From IMG/VR virus record IMGVR_UViG_3300049044_000033, positions 350,796 to 414,795 of that record: 64,000 nucleotides of DNA; one strand, written 5' to 3'. The translations under genes and the position numbers were made by a program. Below the pieces are notes generated by a model, which was not told where the DNA came from, made no database searches, and worked only from the letters and a program-made list of their open reading frames with translations. This document shows, one piece after another, positions 55,705 through 64,000 of the stretch (positions are counted from its first letter, which is position 1; every line of letters starts with the position of its first letter). The stretch comes from a virus. Taxonomy: Duplodnaviria > Heunggongvirae > Uroviricota > Caudoviricetes.

Positions 55705-56295
55705 ATGAGCGAATATACGAAAATCGTAGGCATGACAGGCGGCATGGGTGCTGGAAAGAGCACTATGATCAATGTTGCGCTGGAAATGGGTATCCCAATC
55801 TTCGATTACGACTACCATGTTCGTAAAGCTTACGAAGACCAAGAATTCGCAAATTTTGTTGGTCGTGCGATCTACCTCAATGAGGAGACCGTCACAAAAG
55901 CTATGGTCGCTGAGGCTATCGTGGCAGACCCCACTAAACTTCCAGTAGTGGAACGGTGCGTGATGGCCAAGATTGAGAAAGAGTTTGCAGAGGTCAAAGC
56001 AACTAACCCTGCGCCGTTCCTCCTCGTCGACGCGCCTATGCTATTTGAAATGGGCTGGGACCAAGAATGCGATTTTGTTATTGCTATTCAGTGTCCTAGA
56101 GAGATTCGCGAAGAACGGGTTATGAAACGACCTGGCATGACAGCCGAAAAGATGAAGCTGCTCATGGATAAACAAATGTCCGAAGAGGATCGTCTCCTCA
56201 AAGGACAATTCATCATCCACACAAATCAGCCAGTTGAAAAGTCCATCCGATCAATGGGTGGCATACTAGATCATTTACGGGAATTTTACGCATGA
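55705..56295 (+). CDS. coaE: dephospho-CoA kinase
   Basis: VGMTGGMGAGKST, D.D...R..Y, DAPMLFE, R..R...RPGMT. Confidence 0.9.
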   Translation: MSEYTKIVGMTGGMGAGKSTMINVALEMGIPIFDYDYHVRKAYEDQEFANFVGRAIYLNEETVTKAMVAEAIVADPTKLPVVERCVMAKIEKEFAEVKATNPAPFLLVDAPMLFEMGWDQECDFVIAIQCPREIREERVMKRPGMTAEKMKLLMDKQMSEEDRLLKGQFIIHTNQPVEKSIRSMGGILDHLREFYA

Positions 56296-56813
56296 GCACG
56301 TTTGGCCTATATGCTGGATCATTTGATCCATTGACACGTGGTCATCTTGACATCATCAGCAAGGCAGCTCAGACGTTTGATGGGCTTCATGTTGGTATCG
56401 GAAAGAATGCTGCTAAAAAGGGCTTCTTCGATACTCAGAAGAGAATCGAACTCATCTATAGCGCGATTGAGGAGTGGGAAAATCCCATACTTCAACAGGC
56501 GGTCCAGCAAGGTCGCTTAACTGTTGGTGAATATTCCAGCATCTCGGTTATCAAATATGCCAACCAAATTGGCGCCACGCATATTGTCCGAGGGCTTCGA
56601 CAAGCCGGTGACTTCAATGATGAATTCGCGCTCACAGGTATTGCGGGGCAATTGGATTCAACCCTGATATTCACTCACTTCATCTGCAAAGAGAAGTATC
56701 TCCATGTCTCGAGTTCAACTGCTCGAGAATTGGCTAAGTTGGATGAAGACGTGAACTGGCTTGTCACTCCTAGTGTTGCTGCTGCGTTAAAGGACGAATT
56801 CAAGAATTCGTAA
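56292..56813 (+). CDS. coaD: phosphopantetheine adenylyltransferase
   Basis: YAGSFDPLTRGHLDII, IVRGLR..DF..E, VSSS..RE. Confidence 0.9.
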   Translation: MSTFGLYAGSFDPLTRGHLDIISKAAQTFDGLHVGIGKNAAKKGFFDTQKRIELIYSAIEEWENPILQQAVQQGRLTVGEYSSISVIKYANQIGATHIVRGLRQAGDFNDEFALTGIAGQLDSTLIFTHFICKEKYLHVSSSTARELAKLDEDVNWLVTPSVAAALKDEFKNS

Positions 56814-56856
56814 ATACTAGATCGATCGAGAGAAACTCGACGATTGGAGAGTGACA

Positions 56857-57068
56857 TGGATGCTAGCTATCTTTTGACATTTGGATTGTGGCTATTTCTG
56901 CTATTCGCAATCCCATCAGCTTGCTATTCTACCTACACGGAAATTAAGGGAAGAACGATGTGTTCTTCCCTTATGATTTCAATGATGATCGCTATCTCGT
57001 TCATGGGATACGCATTCTACGTATTCACGAAGGTCTGCTTCCCAGAGGTCAGCACGTCCTTCCTGTAA
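56857..57068 (+). CDS. small two-TM membrane protein
   Basis: GGAGAG RBS, two hydrophobic segments, TAAATA box at 56809-56816. Confidence 0.55.
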
Positions 57069-57257
57069 CGTAGATTCCCCAAACCACTTGCGGGGATTAC
57101 CGCAGCAATAACTGGAACAAGGAGTAGGAGTTACGGCTGACCGCCTGATCCATTTAACTTGATTCCTGTGACCGCACCAACCGGATGCACTCGCACGTTG
57201 TTCTGCCCGAGCAATTGAACGCGCCCTCTGAGCGCGTCTCCAAGACCTATCTCGCAT
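56979..57257 (-). CDS. small Arg/Cys-rich phage protein
   Basis: GGAGG RBS before ATG 57257; TP.PCS..CCGNPR..FG..TLQE motif. Confidence 0.7.
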   Translation of the reverse strand: MRDRSWRRAQRARSIARAEQRASASGWCGHRNQVKWIRRSAVTPTPCSSYCCGNPRKWFGESTLQEGRADLWEADLREYVECVSHERDSDHH

Positions 57258-57341
57258 GTTAACCTCCACACGCCTAGGCCCCAGCTTGATTGCCAGGGTC
57301 AGGGTGTGAAGGGTGGTCCAGAAGTGTAGAAATCCATAACG

Positions 57342-58214
57342 TTACTTACTGGAAATTTCCAATTGAGTCAAGGTAAAGGGTGGATTTTCCCTCGGATAGC
57401 CCCTGGCATTGTTGGCATACACGACACCATCCTTCTCTACCATTTGCCTCTGGTGAGTATGGCCATATATCCAACCTTTGATCTTCTTGTTTGTGTCGGC
57501 CTTGATGACCTGATCCAAACAAGTATTCACATAAGAGGGAGTAAGGGCATTCCAGACTGGATTGTTGTCCTTCCACTCCATGAGATCAGCTCTCGGACTC
57601 ATATGGGTGACCATAACGATGGATTCTACGTTTGCGTCATTTTGAGCGCCACGCACTTGATCAGCAAGATTGAGACTTTGTGTCATAGCCAAGCGAAGTG
57701 GCGAATCCTTCCCGAAGTCAGGGTAACGAGAGTCATTGGAATAGGAGTTCCAAGCTCGCTGCGCCATAAAGCTTGAGATACCACGATCCGCATAAGCCTC
57801 AAAGTCATACCAAGCAGTGGCACCAAAGAATGCCACCCCATCTAGGATGAGGCTATTCTGTGAATCCAAATAGTAGACGTTTGGCAACCTAGATAGCTCT
57901 TCGGCTAAGAACTGCATCGCATTCTCGACCGTCATCTCGTCACTATAATGCTCATGGTTCCCATCGACAACAATCACATACTCATATTCGGCTGCGGCTG
58001 CTTCAATGACTTCCTTGGTGGTCATCATGCTATTCGAGGTGTCACCGGCAATGACAAGAACCCTACTATCGGGATTCCTATACTGCGCCCAATCCAAATA
58101 CAAGAACGTAGACTCATGAGGCTCACCCATCCAGCGACGGTGAGTTGGATCATGAAGTTGAGTAGTCCCGTGCCATGCATCAACATGGAGATCTGAACAG
58201 AAATCAATCTTCAC
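57342..58214 (-). CDS. calcineurin-like metallophosphoesterase
   Basis: SDLH, AGD, GNHEHY, THMSP, WIYGHTH, N.RGY. Confidence 0.9.
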   Translation of the reverse strand: MKIDFCSDLHVDAWHGTTQLHDPTHRRWMGEPHESTFLYLDWAQYRNPDSRVLVIAGDTSNSMMTTKEVIEAAAAEYEYVIVVDGNHEHYSDEMTVENAMQFLAEELSRLPNVYYLDSQNSLILDGVAFFGATAWYDFEAYADRGISSFMAQRAWNSYSNDSRYPDFGKDSPLRLAMTQSLNLADQVRGAQNDANVESIVMVTHMSPRADLMEWKDNNPVWNALTPSYVNTCLDQVIKADTNKKIKGWIYGHTHQRQMVEKDGVVYANNARGYPRENPPFTLTQLEISSK

Positions 58215-58429
58215 TTGAACGATCCTCCATTGACTACAATCTCAGTCATGGTAGATTGGCTCTTCAATTGGCTAATCTCTTGGAGGAGTTCGTTCTCACG
58301 TAGGAGGAGTAAAGCCAAGCTATTCGAGAGATCATTGGCTTCGTCGATAGACATATTGAATGTCTTACTCTGGCTTCTGGATTGCTGCCTCACCCGATCG
58401 ATGAAACGCTGAATAGCACTAACGCTCAT
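58211..58429 (-). CDS. small conserved hypothetical protein
   Basis: Coupled to both neighbours; C-terminal GGSFK. Confidence 0.7.
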   Translation of the reverse strand: MSVSAIQRFIDRVRQQSRSQSKTFNMSIDEANDLSNSLALLLLRENELLQEISQLKSQSTMTEIVVNGGSFK

Positions 58430-58893
58430 GACTTATTACTCGACTGAATGGCTTCTTGAGTAGTCAACATAGTGACATGATTGGCTAGCTCTAACTTGCT
58501 TCGGAATGGACCCACTGATTCATAGTCCTGAGTTGTCTTCAGCTTAGGGCAGAGAACCAACGTCCAACCCTTGGGGAATTTGAGACCCCAGTAGCCGGCG
58601 GCAAAGATTACCTTACCACCAATTGTGTAATGGGCAGGGCTTTCGCTCTTGACCATGATATGCTCGTGGCGAACGGGATAACCCGCAATGGCGCTGACTT
58701 CTACTTCTTCCTGACGTTCTTCAAGCTTGAGCTTGCCGAACTTCTTTTCAACATCAGCATAAGACTCGAATTCAATTCTCGACTGAGGGCTCATAAAGAG
58801 ATAACCCTCGTCGATTTTGAATAACAGACCTGATGTGCCAGTGTTTGCGCGAATGAGCCAGCTATTGCTGGTCAGTTGGAGCATTTTGCTCAT
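58426..58893 (-). CDS. conserved hypothetical phage protein
   Basis: GGAGG RBS; FAAGYW.....W....CPKL.T...Y...GPF. Confidence 0.75.
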   Translation of the reverse strand: MSKMLQLTSNSWLIRANTGTSGLLFKIDEGYLFMSPQSRIEFESYADVEKKFGKLKLEERQEEVEVSAIAGYPVRHEHIMVKSESPAHYTIGGKVIFAAGYWGLKFPKGWTLVLCPKLKTTQDYESVGPFRSKLELANHVTMLTTQEAIQSSNKS

Positions 58894-58951
58894 TACGACC
58901 TCCAGTTAATAGAACTACCATAGCAGAACTATTAACCAGAGTTCAATAAAC

Positions 58952-59290
58952 TCAGTCGGTTTTGCGATCGAGCGTTTCGGGCTTCTTCCAACCCATCGCC
59001 ACATAGGCTTCATGGAAAAACGGGCGGGTTCTATCCCGTTCCTTGCTAGGATCCATAATACCACGGCAGGTCAATACGCCCTGAACGTAGCCGATCCACC
59101 GGCTGATCTTATCAGCCGGCCATTCGTTGAGGTGAGCAATACACTGGTCAATCATCCAGTGGAGATGCTCATAGCACGTGTCGTCCCCTTCGAAGCCCTG
59201 CGCATACTCTTGGTCAAATGTGGGGAACTGCGTCTTAAGACCAGTCAACGTCTGCTCTAAGGCTACTCGAAGGGGCTTGTCGTCAATCAC
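58952..59290 (-). CDS. hypothetical phage protein
   Basis: HL.WM...DKISRWIGYVQGVL. Confidence 0.75.
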   Translation of the reverse strand: MIDDKPLRVALEQTLTGLKTQFPTFDQEYAQGFEGDDTCYEHLHWMIDQCIAHLNEWPADKISRWIGYVQGVLTCRGIMDPSKERDRTRPFFHEAYVAMGWKKPETLDRKTD

Positions 59291-59718
59291 TCTGCGGCTT
59301 CCGTAACTGACGGGCGATAATAGTCACTGGAAGAGCGACTATCCAGACGATGATCATCATTCTTGTCGTTGGCCCAGGCACTCACAATGTAGCCTTCACG
59401 CGCCAGCACATAAGAGAAGTCATAGTCCTCATGTAAATTGTGGACACGAATAAGCATCTTCTGGATGCGATTCATTGACTCACCATACTCGTTGAGCAAT
59501 TCATAATACTCAACAAGAGTGTTGGAGGAGTGGAAGATCTCTTCCCTCGTGGGCAAAACAATGATGCAACGCTTGTCTTCCATCAACTGCTCAGCAGCGT
59601 GGTAGGTTACATCAACATCTTTGATCTGACCCAAAAACTCCATACACATTTCGCCAGTGTTTTCGGGGAAATAAATTTTATGGTGGTAACGACGAAGGTT
59701 AAGGCGTTCACGTGCCAT
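59287..59718 (-). CDS. hypothetical phage protein
   Basis: YH..IYFP...HA...W.NDK.D.H. Confidence 0.75.
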   Translation of the reverse strand: MARERLNLRRYHHKIYFPENTGEMCMEFLGQIKDVDVTYHAAEQLMEDKRCIIVLPTREEIFHSSNTLVEYYELLNEYGESMNRIQKMLIRVHNLHEDYDFSYVLAREGYIVSAWANDKNDDHRLDSRSSSDYYRPSVTEAAE

Positions 59719-60293
59719 TACTGTGCGATCTCCTTGAGAAGCTCTTCGACCTTTTTACGTTCGCAGAGCCTGCGGTTTTTAAAGCGGCTATCATCTTCAG
59801 GGACAGAAAAAACTAGGTAGTCCCTGACAAGCGGATGTAGCCGATCCGGTGGTCCTGCTTCTGCGGGGACCTCAAATTCCGCCATTGCCAAGTAGATGCC
59901 TTGTTCGTCTTTGAAGAAGTCGATTTCCCAAACACCTGCGGTATTTGTGCAGGGCAGTAGAAAACGTGTTTTCGAAATCCTGTGATCTGCTTCGCTCCAC
60001 GCGAGCCAATAGTCCTCCTCTGACATTGCGGTTTCGATCTCTAAACAGCCGGGTTGGCTGGTCAGATCATACTTGTATGTAAAAATGTTCTCAGTGAGGT
60101 TCTCACTAAGAACTTCCCCCTTATGGACAGACCAAACTCGACGACGAATCCGGCCTCCCTTGCCCAAATACGCTTGCGCGATTTCGGCCCTCCCCACAAT
60201 TAACCCGGAAGTCGTAGCAGCTGAAAGCCTCTCCCATAGCTCATCGGGCGAGCGAAGGACATATTTAAATTCACGTTCAATTGGCATTTGCAA
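59718..60293 (-). CDS. CYTH-domain protein (triphosphate tunnel metalloenzyme)
   Basis: IEREFKY, Q.YL, RIR, EIE, K.R, WEIDFF, AEFE, N..L. Confidence 0.85.
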   Translation of the reverse strand: MQMPIEREFKYVLRSPDELWERLSAATTSGLIVGRAEIAQAYLGKGGRIRRRVWSVHKGEVLSENLTENIFTYKYDLTSQPGCLEIETAMSEEDYWLAWSEADHRISKTRFLLPCTNTAGVWEIDFFKDEQGIYLAMAEFEVPAEAGPPDRLHPLVRDYLVFSVPEDDSRFKNRRLCERKKVEELLKEIAQ

Positions 60294-60387
60294 CTTTCCC
60301 CTACGCTCATGCGTTGTATTGCGTCACAGGGGCGGGGTGTCAACACCTTTATTAACTTCTAACACCACCGCCTCTGTTAACTCTAAT

Positions 60388-61437
60388 TCAAACCTGACTG
60401 TAGCCTGCTTGTAGTAAAGTAGCGTAGTCGTTGGGGTTTTTTGCCAAATTGTGCAGAGCCATCTCTTCACAGAACTTCAAGAAGTAAATACCCACGCCCT
60501 GTTTCCTGGGTTGCTGACAGGCTTGAATAATCACAGAATCCATGAGTTCTTTGACTTCGTCGGGCTGTTGCCTGAGGTCGATGAGCTGCTGATTGCGCTT
60601 GTAGGCATCGAGGACTTTGACCATATTGCCTTCATGATCCTCCCACTCATCCTGCATAAACATCGTCCAGTCATAGCCACGACCCTGTCTATCATCGAAC
60701 GCCTCCTTGATTCCCGGCTTCTTCGAACTTCCGTTCTCACGAACTCCAGGCTTGGCCGACATGATGTTGTCAGTTGCGTCGCCTCTGATGATCTTCTTGA
60801 AGAGTTCATACTCTGGGTTAGGAGGTAGAATCTCTTCCTTGATCTTCTTCTTGACCTCGCGAACCTTGCCAGTCTTACCGATGATCTTCTCTATAACGGT
60901 CTTTTCCTTAACAGCAGGTTTACCGTTCTCATCCAAGACTGAATCAACGGTAAAGGTCACAGACTTCACACCGTCGTAGATCTTGACGTTTGGAGCAAGT
61001 AGCTGGTAGAAGTCCGAGTCACTAGACATGATGATATGCTGGTCATCGGGATGAAGATCAATCCAGCGAGCAATGAAATCATCAGCTTCGCATCCAGGCG
61101 ATTCGAGGATGGTTACGTTGGTGCGCTTTTTGAGGAACTCGATAAAGAGCTTCATCGTGTCAAAGTAGAGTTCATCTTCTTCGCGCTCTGCCTTAGTCTT
61201 AAGAGCGTCTTGAACTCGGCGATGTGCCTTATATTCGGGATAGATTTCTTTGCGCCACGAGCTCTTATCTAGAGCCACAACAATGTGAGTGGCTTTGTAA
61301 TCACGCCACAGTTTCCTGAGGCTGTTGAAGCAGATGTGAAGCGCCATTCCTGCCTTCGTCACAGCGTCGCCCATAGTGGCGTGCTTACAACGGTGGAACA
61401 AATTGCTGACATCTACGATTGCGTAGGTTGCAGTCAT
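60388..61437 (-). CDS. rnh: T4-type RNase H / 5'-3' exonuclease
   Basis: IVD.SN, SWRK..YPEYK, EADD.IA, SSDSDFYQL, RGDATDNI. Confidence 0.9.
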   Translation of the reverse strand: MTATYAIVDVSNLFHRCKHATMGDAVTKAGMALHICFNSLRKLWRDYKATHIVVALDKSSWRKEIYPEYKAHRRVQDALKTKAEREEDELYFDTMKLFIEFLKKRTNVTILESPGCEADDFIARWIDLHPDDQHIIMSSDSDFYQLLAPNVKIYDGVKSVTFTVDSVLDENGKPAVKEKTVIEKIIGKTGKVREVKKKIKEEILPPNPEYELFKKIIRGDATDNIMSAKPGVRENGSSKKPGIKEAFDDRQGRGYDWTMFMQDEWEDHEGNMVKVLDAYKRNQQLIDLRQQPDEVKELMDSVIIQACQQPRKQGVGIYFLKFCEEMALHNLAKNPNDYATLLQAGYSQV

Positions 61438-61493
61438 AAAAACTCCTGAGTGTCACCTAATGTAACACCCAGGAGTCTAGAAAATCATTATTC

Positions 61494-62348
61494 TTAACGG
61501 TATTCTGTCAGACCATCATCCCGTCTCGTCCTCTGACTACCGGCTAGTGGCATGGGATCATCCGATCCATCATCAATAGAATCTAAGTCTTCTAAGTGAA
61601 GCATTTGCCTCATCGCACCTTCGAACCATTTGTCAATGATATCATCAGCCGATACACCAGTGTAGCCTAGCTTTTCGAGGAACTGAATGAAATACTCATT
61701 CCAATCGAGTTCAATAGCCATCTGGACGTTATCGCCCTTTATGGACTGATCCCCTCCGACCATGGTCCACCAAGGTTCACGAAGCAAAGTAGCTACTTCT
61801 TTATCGTGCTGATTTTGAGAAATGTTTCCCCATTTGAGTTCAAGACCCAGTTGGTCGACCTGATAATCAATTGAGGTCTTGTCCTCAAACTTCATATCAA
61901 GCAAGTCGTGATCAGCTTCCTCTTCGGTCTTCTTACCAAAGCGAACATCTAGCTTGAGCTTTTCTTTCTTATAATGCTCAGTATCCTTGGTAGCATACTG
62001 AAGCTCAAAAAGCTTATATTCTAGTTCTTCATCAGTTATTCGACCAAAACGCTTTAGGTAATGCGCAATCTTACGTTCACGATCAACATCAGCACTGGTT
62101 GGATCATTCTCAATCAAGCCAAGACCGTAATCAAATTCGCCAACCTTATGGTAGCGATAATCCAGCTTTAGCTTGTCGAGACGATACTCTTTGGACTCTT
62201 TGTCATCATGGTTGATTTCTAGGAGTTTATAGGCGAGGTCTTCGCCATCCCAGTGATACTCCGCGAGGGCAATCTCTCGACGCTTGCCTGCCATGCCCCA
62301 ATTTGCGGGCCACCAACTAAATGGGATAACTCTATTAATCTTTGCCAT
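61494..62348 (-). CDS. conserved hypothetical protein with internal repeats
   Basis: Repeated KLKLD...K..E.E.D units; C-terminal AT...EPW...ELDWN.YF; late box at 62369-62376. Confidence 0.75.
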   Translation of the reverse strand: MAKINRVIPFSWWPANWGMAGKRREIALAEYHWDGEDLAYKLLEINHDDKESKEYRLDKLKLDYRYHKVGEFDYGLGLIENDPTSADVDRERKIAHYLKRFGRITDEELEYKLFELQYATKDTEHYKKEKLKLDVRFGKKTEEEADHDLLDMKFEDKTSIDYQVDQLGLELKWGNISQNQHDKEVATLLREPWWTMVGGDQSIKGDNVQMAIELDWNEYFIQFLEKLGYTGVSADDIIDKWFEGAMRQMLHLEDLDSIDDGSDDPMPLAGSQRTRRDDGLTEYR

Positions 62349-62360
62349 GATTCACCTCTT

Positions 62361-62885
62361 TTACTGTGTATTTAACCCGACAAAGTTGAGTATCTGAGTT
62401 ATGCGATCCACCTTTGGATCATTCGTGACCTTAGTGTAAGGAGTCGAAGTTGAATCAAGAAGGTTCTTGATCTGATCGTCTAAGTGGACAGCTTGCTCAG
62501 CAGTCTGATTCCTACCAGCAGCCTTATACTCAAAGTCTCGACCAATGAGGAAGTTGTGATTCTCATAAGAGTTGAACACTTCCAAGGAGAGCGGCTTGAA
62601 GTTAGAGAAGTAGGGTTCAGGCATATAGCAGAGACCTAGGATCAACGGGCTATCAGTGACAACCCATTCGACTTGTCCCTTGAGACGAGAAAGTCGACGA
62701 TTCTGCTTTGCTAGGATGTAGAGCTGGTCCTGGAGAACATTGTGACGTGCTTCCCAGGTCAAGTCCTTGGCATACTCGGTTACTAGCTCAACTTCAAGCT
62801 GCTGCTTCTTCATCTCAAAGAATAAGCCTGCCGCTGTGGTAGACTTACCTGCCCCTGGTCCGCCGAAAACATTTATGATTTTCAT
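62361..62885 (-). CDS. P-loop NTPase/kinase (NadR C-terminal / AAA_28-like)
   Basis: GGPGAGKST, EYAK, TDSPL, GRNQT. Confidence 0.85.
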   Translation of the reverse strand: MKIINVFGGPGAGKSTTAAGLFFEMKKQQLEVELVTEYAKDLTWEARHNVLQDQLYILAKQNRRLSRLKGQVEWVVTDSPLILGLCYMPEPYFSNFKPLSLEVFNSYENHNFLIGRDFEYKAAGRNQTAEQAVHLDDQIKNLLDSTSTPYTKVTNDPKVDRITQILNFVGLNTQ

Positions 62886-63016
62886 TTGCTAGATACCCTG
62901 TCTTCCATCTTCTTGATCTGTGCTTCGATCACTCGTAGGCGTCTCTGGAGAGTATCCCGTAATTCGAGAAGACTCTCCAGATCCAAGAACTCAACATGAA
63001 AGCGTTCGTTCTTCAC
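62882..63016 (-). CDS. 44-aa coiled-coil protein (not in the ORF track)
   Basis: GTG start after AAGGA; MKNERFHVEFLDLESLLELRDTLQRRLRVIEAQIKKMEDRVSSK*; ATGA overlap with the next gene. Confidence 0.6.
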   Translation of the reverse strand: MKNERFHVEFLDLESLLELRDTLQRRLRVIEAQIKKMEDRVSSK

Positions 63017-63025
63017 TTCTAGTCC

Positions 63026-63277
63026 TTAGATGGACGTCACGTCAGTGACTGTGCCCCACAGGTGAGCCGCCACGTTATCACGCTTTGCTTCAATGATGCT
63101 GCGGTTTGTAGAATCGTCGGGAAGTTCAGCAATGATGAAACGTTCGCCGATATTGCTCTGAACTACGAGCTGGAGAATGATTCCAGTGCTGTCTTCGGTT
63201 GGGGTTTCCCAAATCTCGAGGTCGATTAGTTCGCTCGAGTTCACGATAGAACCGCTGGGAAAGAGTAGTGCTGCCAT
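63026..63277 (-). CDS. hypothetical protein
   Basis: AAGGA RBS, 83 aa. Confidence 0.65.
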   Translation of the reverse strand: MAALLFPSGSIVNSSELIDLEIWETPTEDSTGIILQLVVQSNIGERFIIAELPDDSTNRSIIEAKRDNVAAHLWGTVTDVTSI

Positions 63278-63289
63278 TTTATTTTGTCC

Positions 63290-64000
63290 TTATTTGCCAA
63301 TAACGTTGCCAAAGACCCAGGTATGAACTCGGGCACTCACAGAGTATCCACGTTCAACTGCCTGTTCGGCAATCTTAGCCTGATGGCTTTCCTGCATTTC
63401 GCGATCAGCACCAACAGGCATAATCCATACGTCCCAGTTGATACCAGCTTCGCGATAAGCCTCAGTGGCCCGCTTCACTTCATCCCAGGAACGGTCACTG
63501 CCGTTGCTTACAAACTTCAGCTGCCCGTGATCACTAATTTTCTTGTATTCAGCTAAAACCTCTGGCTTAATAGCGTTAGACCAAAGTTCACCCGACAAGT
63601 AGAGCTTAGGGGAAACCGACCAGAAGAGTTCACCAGCATAGGAACCTGCATGCCAATCAAAATACTTCTGGAATGGCTCACGAGGCTTCTGGGTACCATT
63701 AGTCTCGAAGGTCACAAACTTAGGAGTATTGAGACGCGCTTCAAAGTTCTGCATCACATCAACAACTGCGGTCTGGCTCATCATCGGCTCGCCACCTGTG
63801 AATGCCATATGGTGCCACTGCTTTGATTCAGGATGAAGAAACTTACCACCGGGCAACACTGCTTCAATCTTATCGCAGATTTCTGCTGCCGTGCTCTTGT
63901 GAGCTAAGTGACCAAACTTTTGCGCCCAGCTGTAAGAGCTATCACAGCCACGATGAAAAACTGGAAGAGCTTCCATGGACTTGTATTCCGATGGATCAAT
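63290..64000 (-). CDS. queE: 7-carboxy-7-deazaguanine synthase QueE-like radical SAM enzyme (5' end outside the window)
   Basis: GCDSSYSW, FTGGEPMM, ETNGT, SVSPKL, IMPVG, R.H..VFGN. Confidence 0.85.
   Translation of the reverse strand: MDPSEYKSMEALPVFHRGCDSSYSWAQKFGHLAHKSTAAEICDKIEAVLPGGKFLHPESKQWHHMAFTGGEPMMSQTAVVDVMQNFEARLNTPKFVTFETNGTQKPREPFQKYFDWHAGSYAGELFWSVSPKLYLSGELWSNAIKPEVLAEYKKISDHGQLKFVSNGSDRSWDEVKRATEAYREAGINWDVWIMPVGADREMQESHQAKIAEQAVERGYSVSARVHTWVFGNVIGK

Overview
This window is a segment of a large, T4-related (jumbo-type) myophage genome. The host is probably an alphaproteobacterium, judged from the CysRS/CoaE types and the promoter style. 1-6.5 kb: small genes, an RlmN-like radical SAM enzyme, the gp46/gp47 recombination nuclease and a gp55-like late sigma factor. 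6.8-32.2 kb (mostly +): baseplate/tail module, with a hub carrying a SleB-type hydrolase, a gp5-like spike carrying an M23 peptidase, gp25, gp6, a 3499-aa wedge protein and two collagen-repeat fibres. 32.2-64 kb (mostly -): ThyX, Pnkp, RNA ligase, CysRS, ClpP, a MoxR/VWA pair, CoaE-CoaD, RNase H, QueE and many small paralogous genes. The most striking observation is a candidate self-contained amber-decoding system. It has three parts: a canonical 76-nt tRNA with a CUA anticodon (44038-44113); a minimal GlyRS-like class II synthetase without an anticodon-binding domain, 150 nt downstream in the same operon; and a nearby peptidyl-tRNA hydrolase (Pth2) gene whose complete fold requires read-through of an in-frame TAG at codon 8. 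The rest of the window uses the standard code and almost never stops on TAG. Other notable items: the RlmN-like enzyme has Tyr in place of the resolving Cys; two families of small paralogues share C-terminal motifs; and promoter-embedded hairpins repeatedly sequester ribosome-binding sites. All calls come from motif recognition by eye; no database searches were run.
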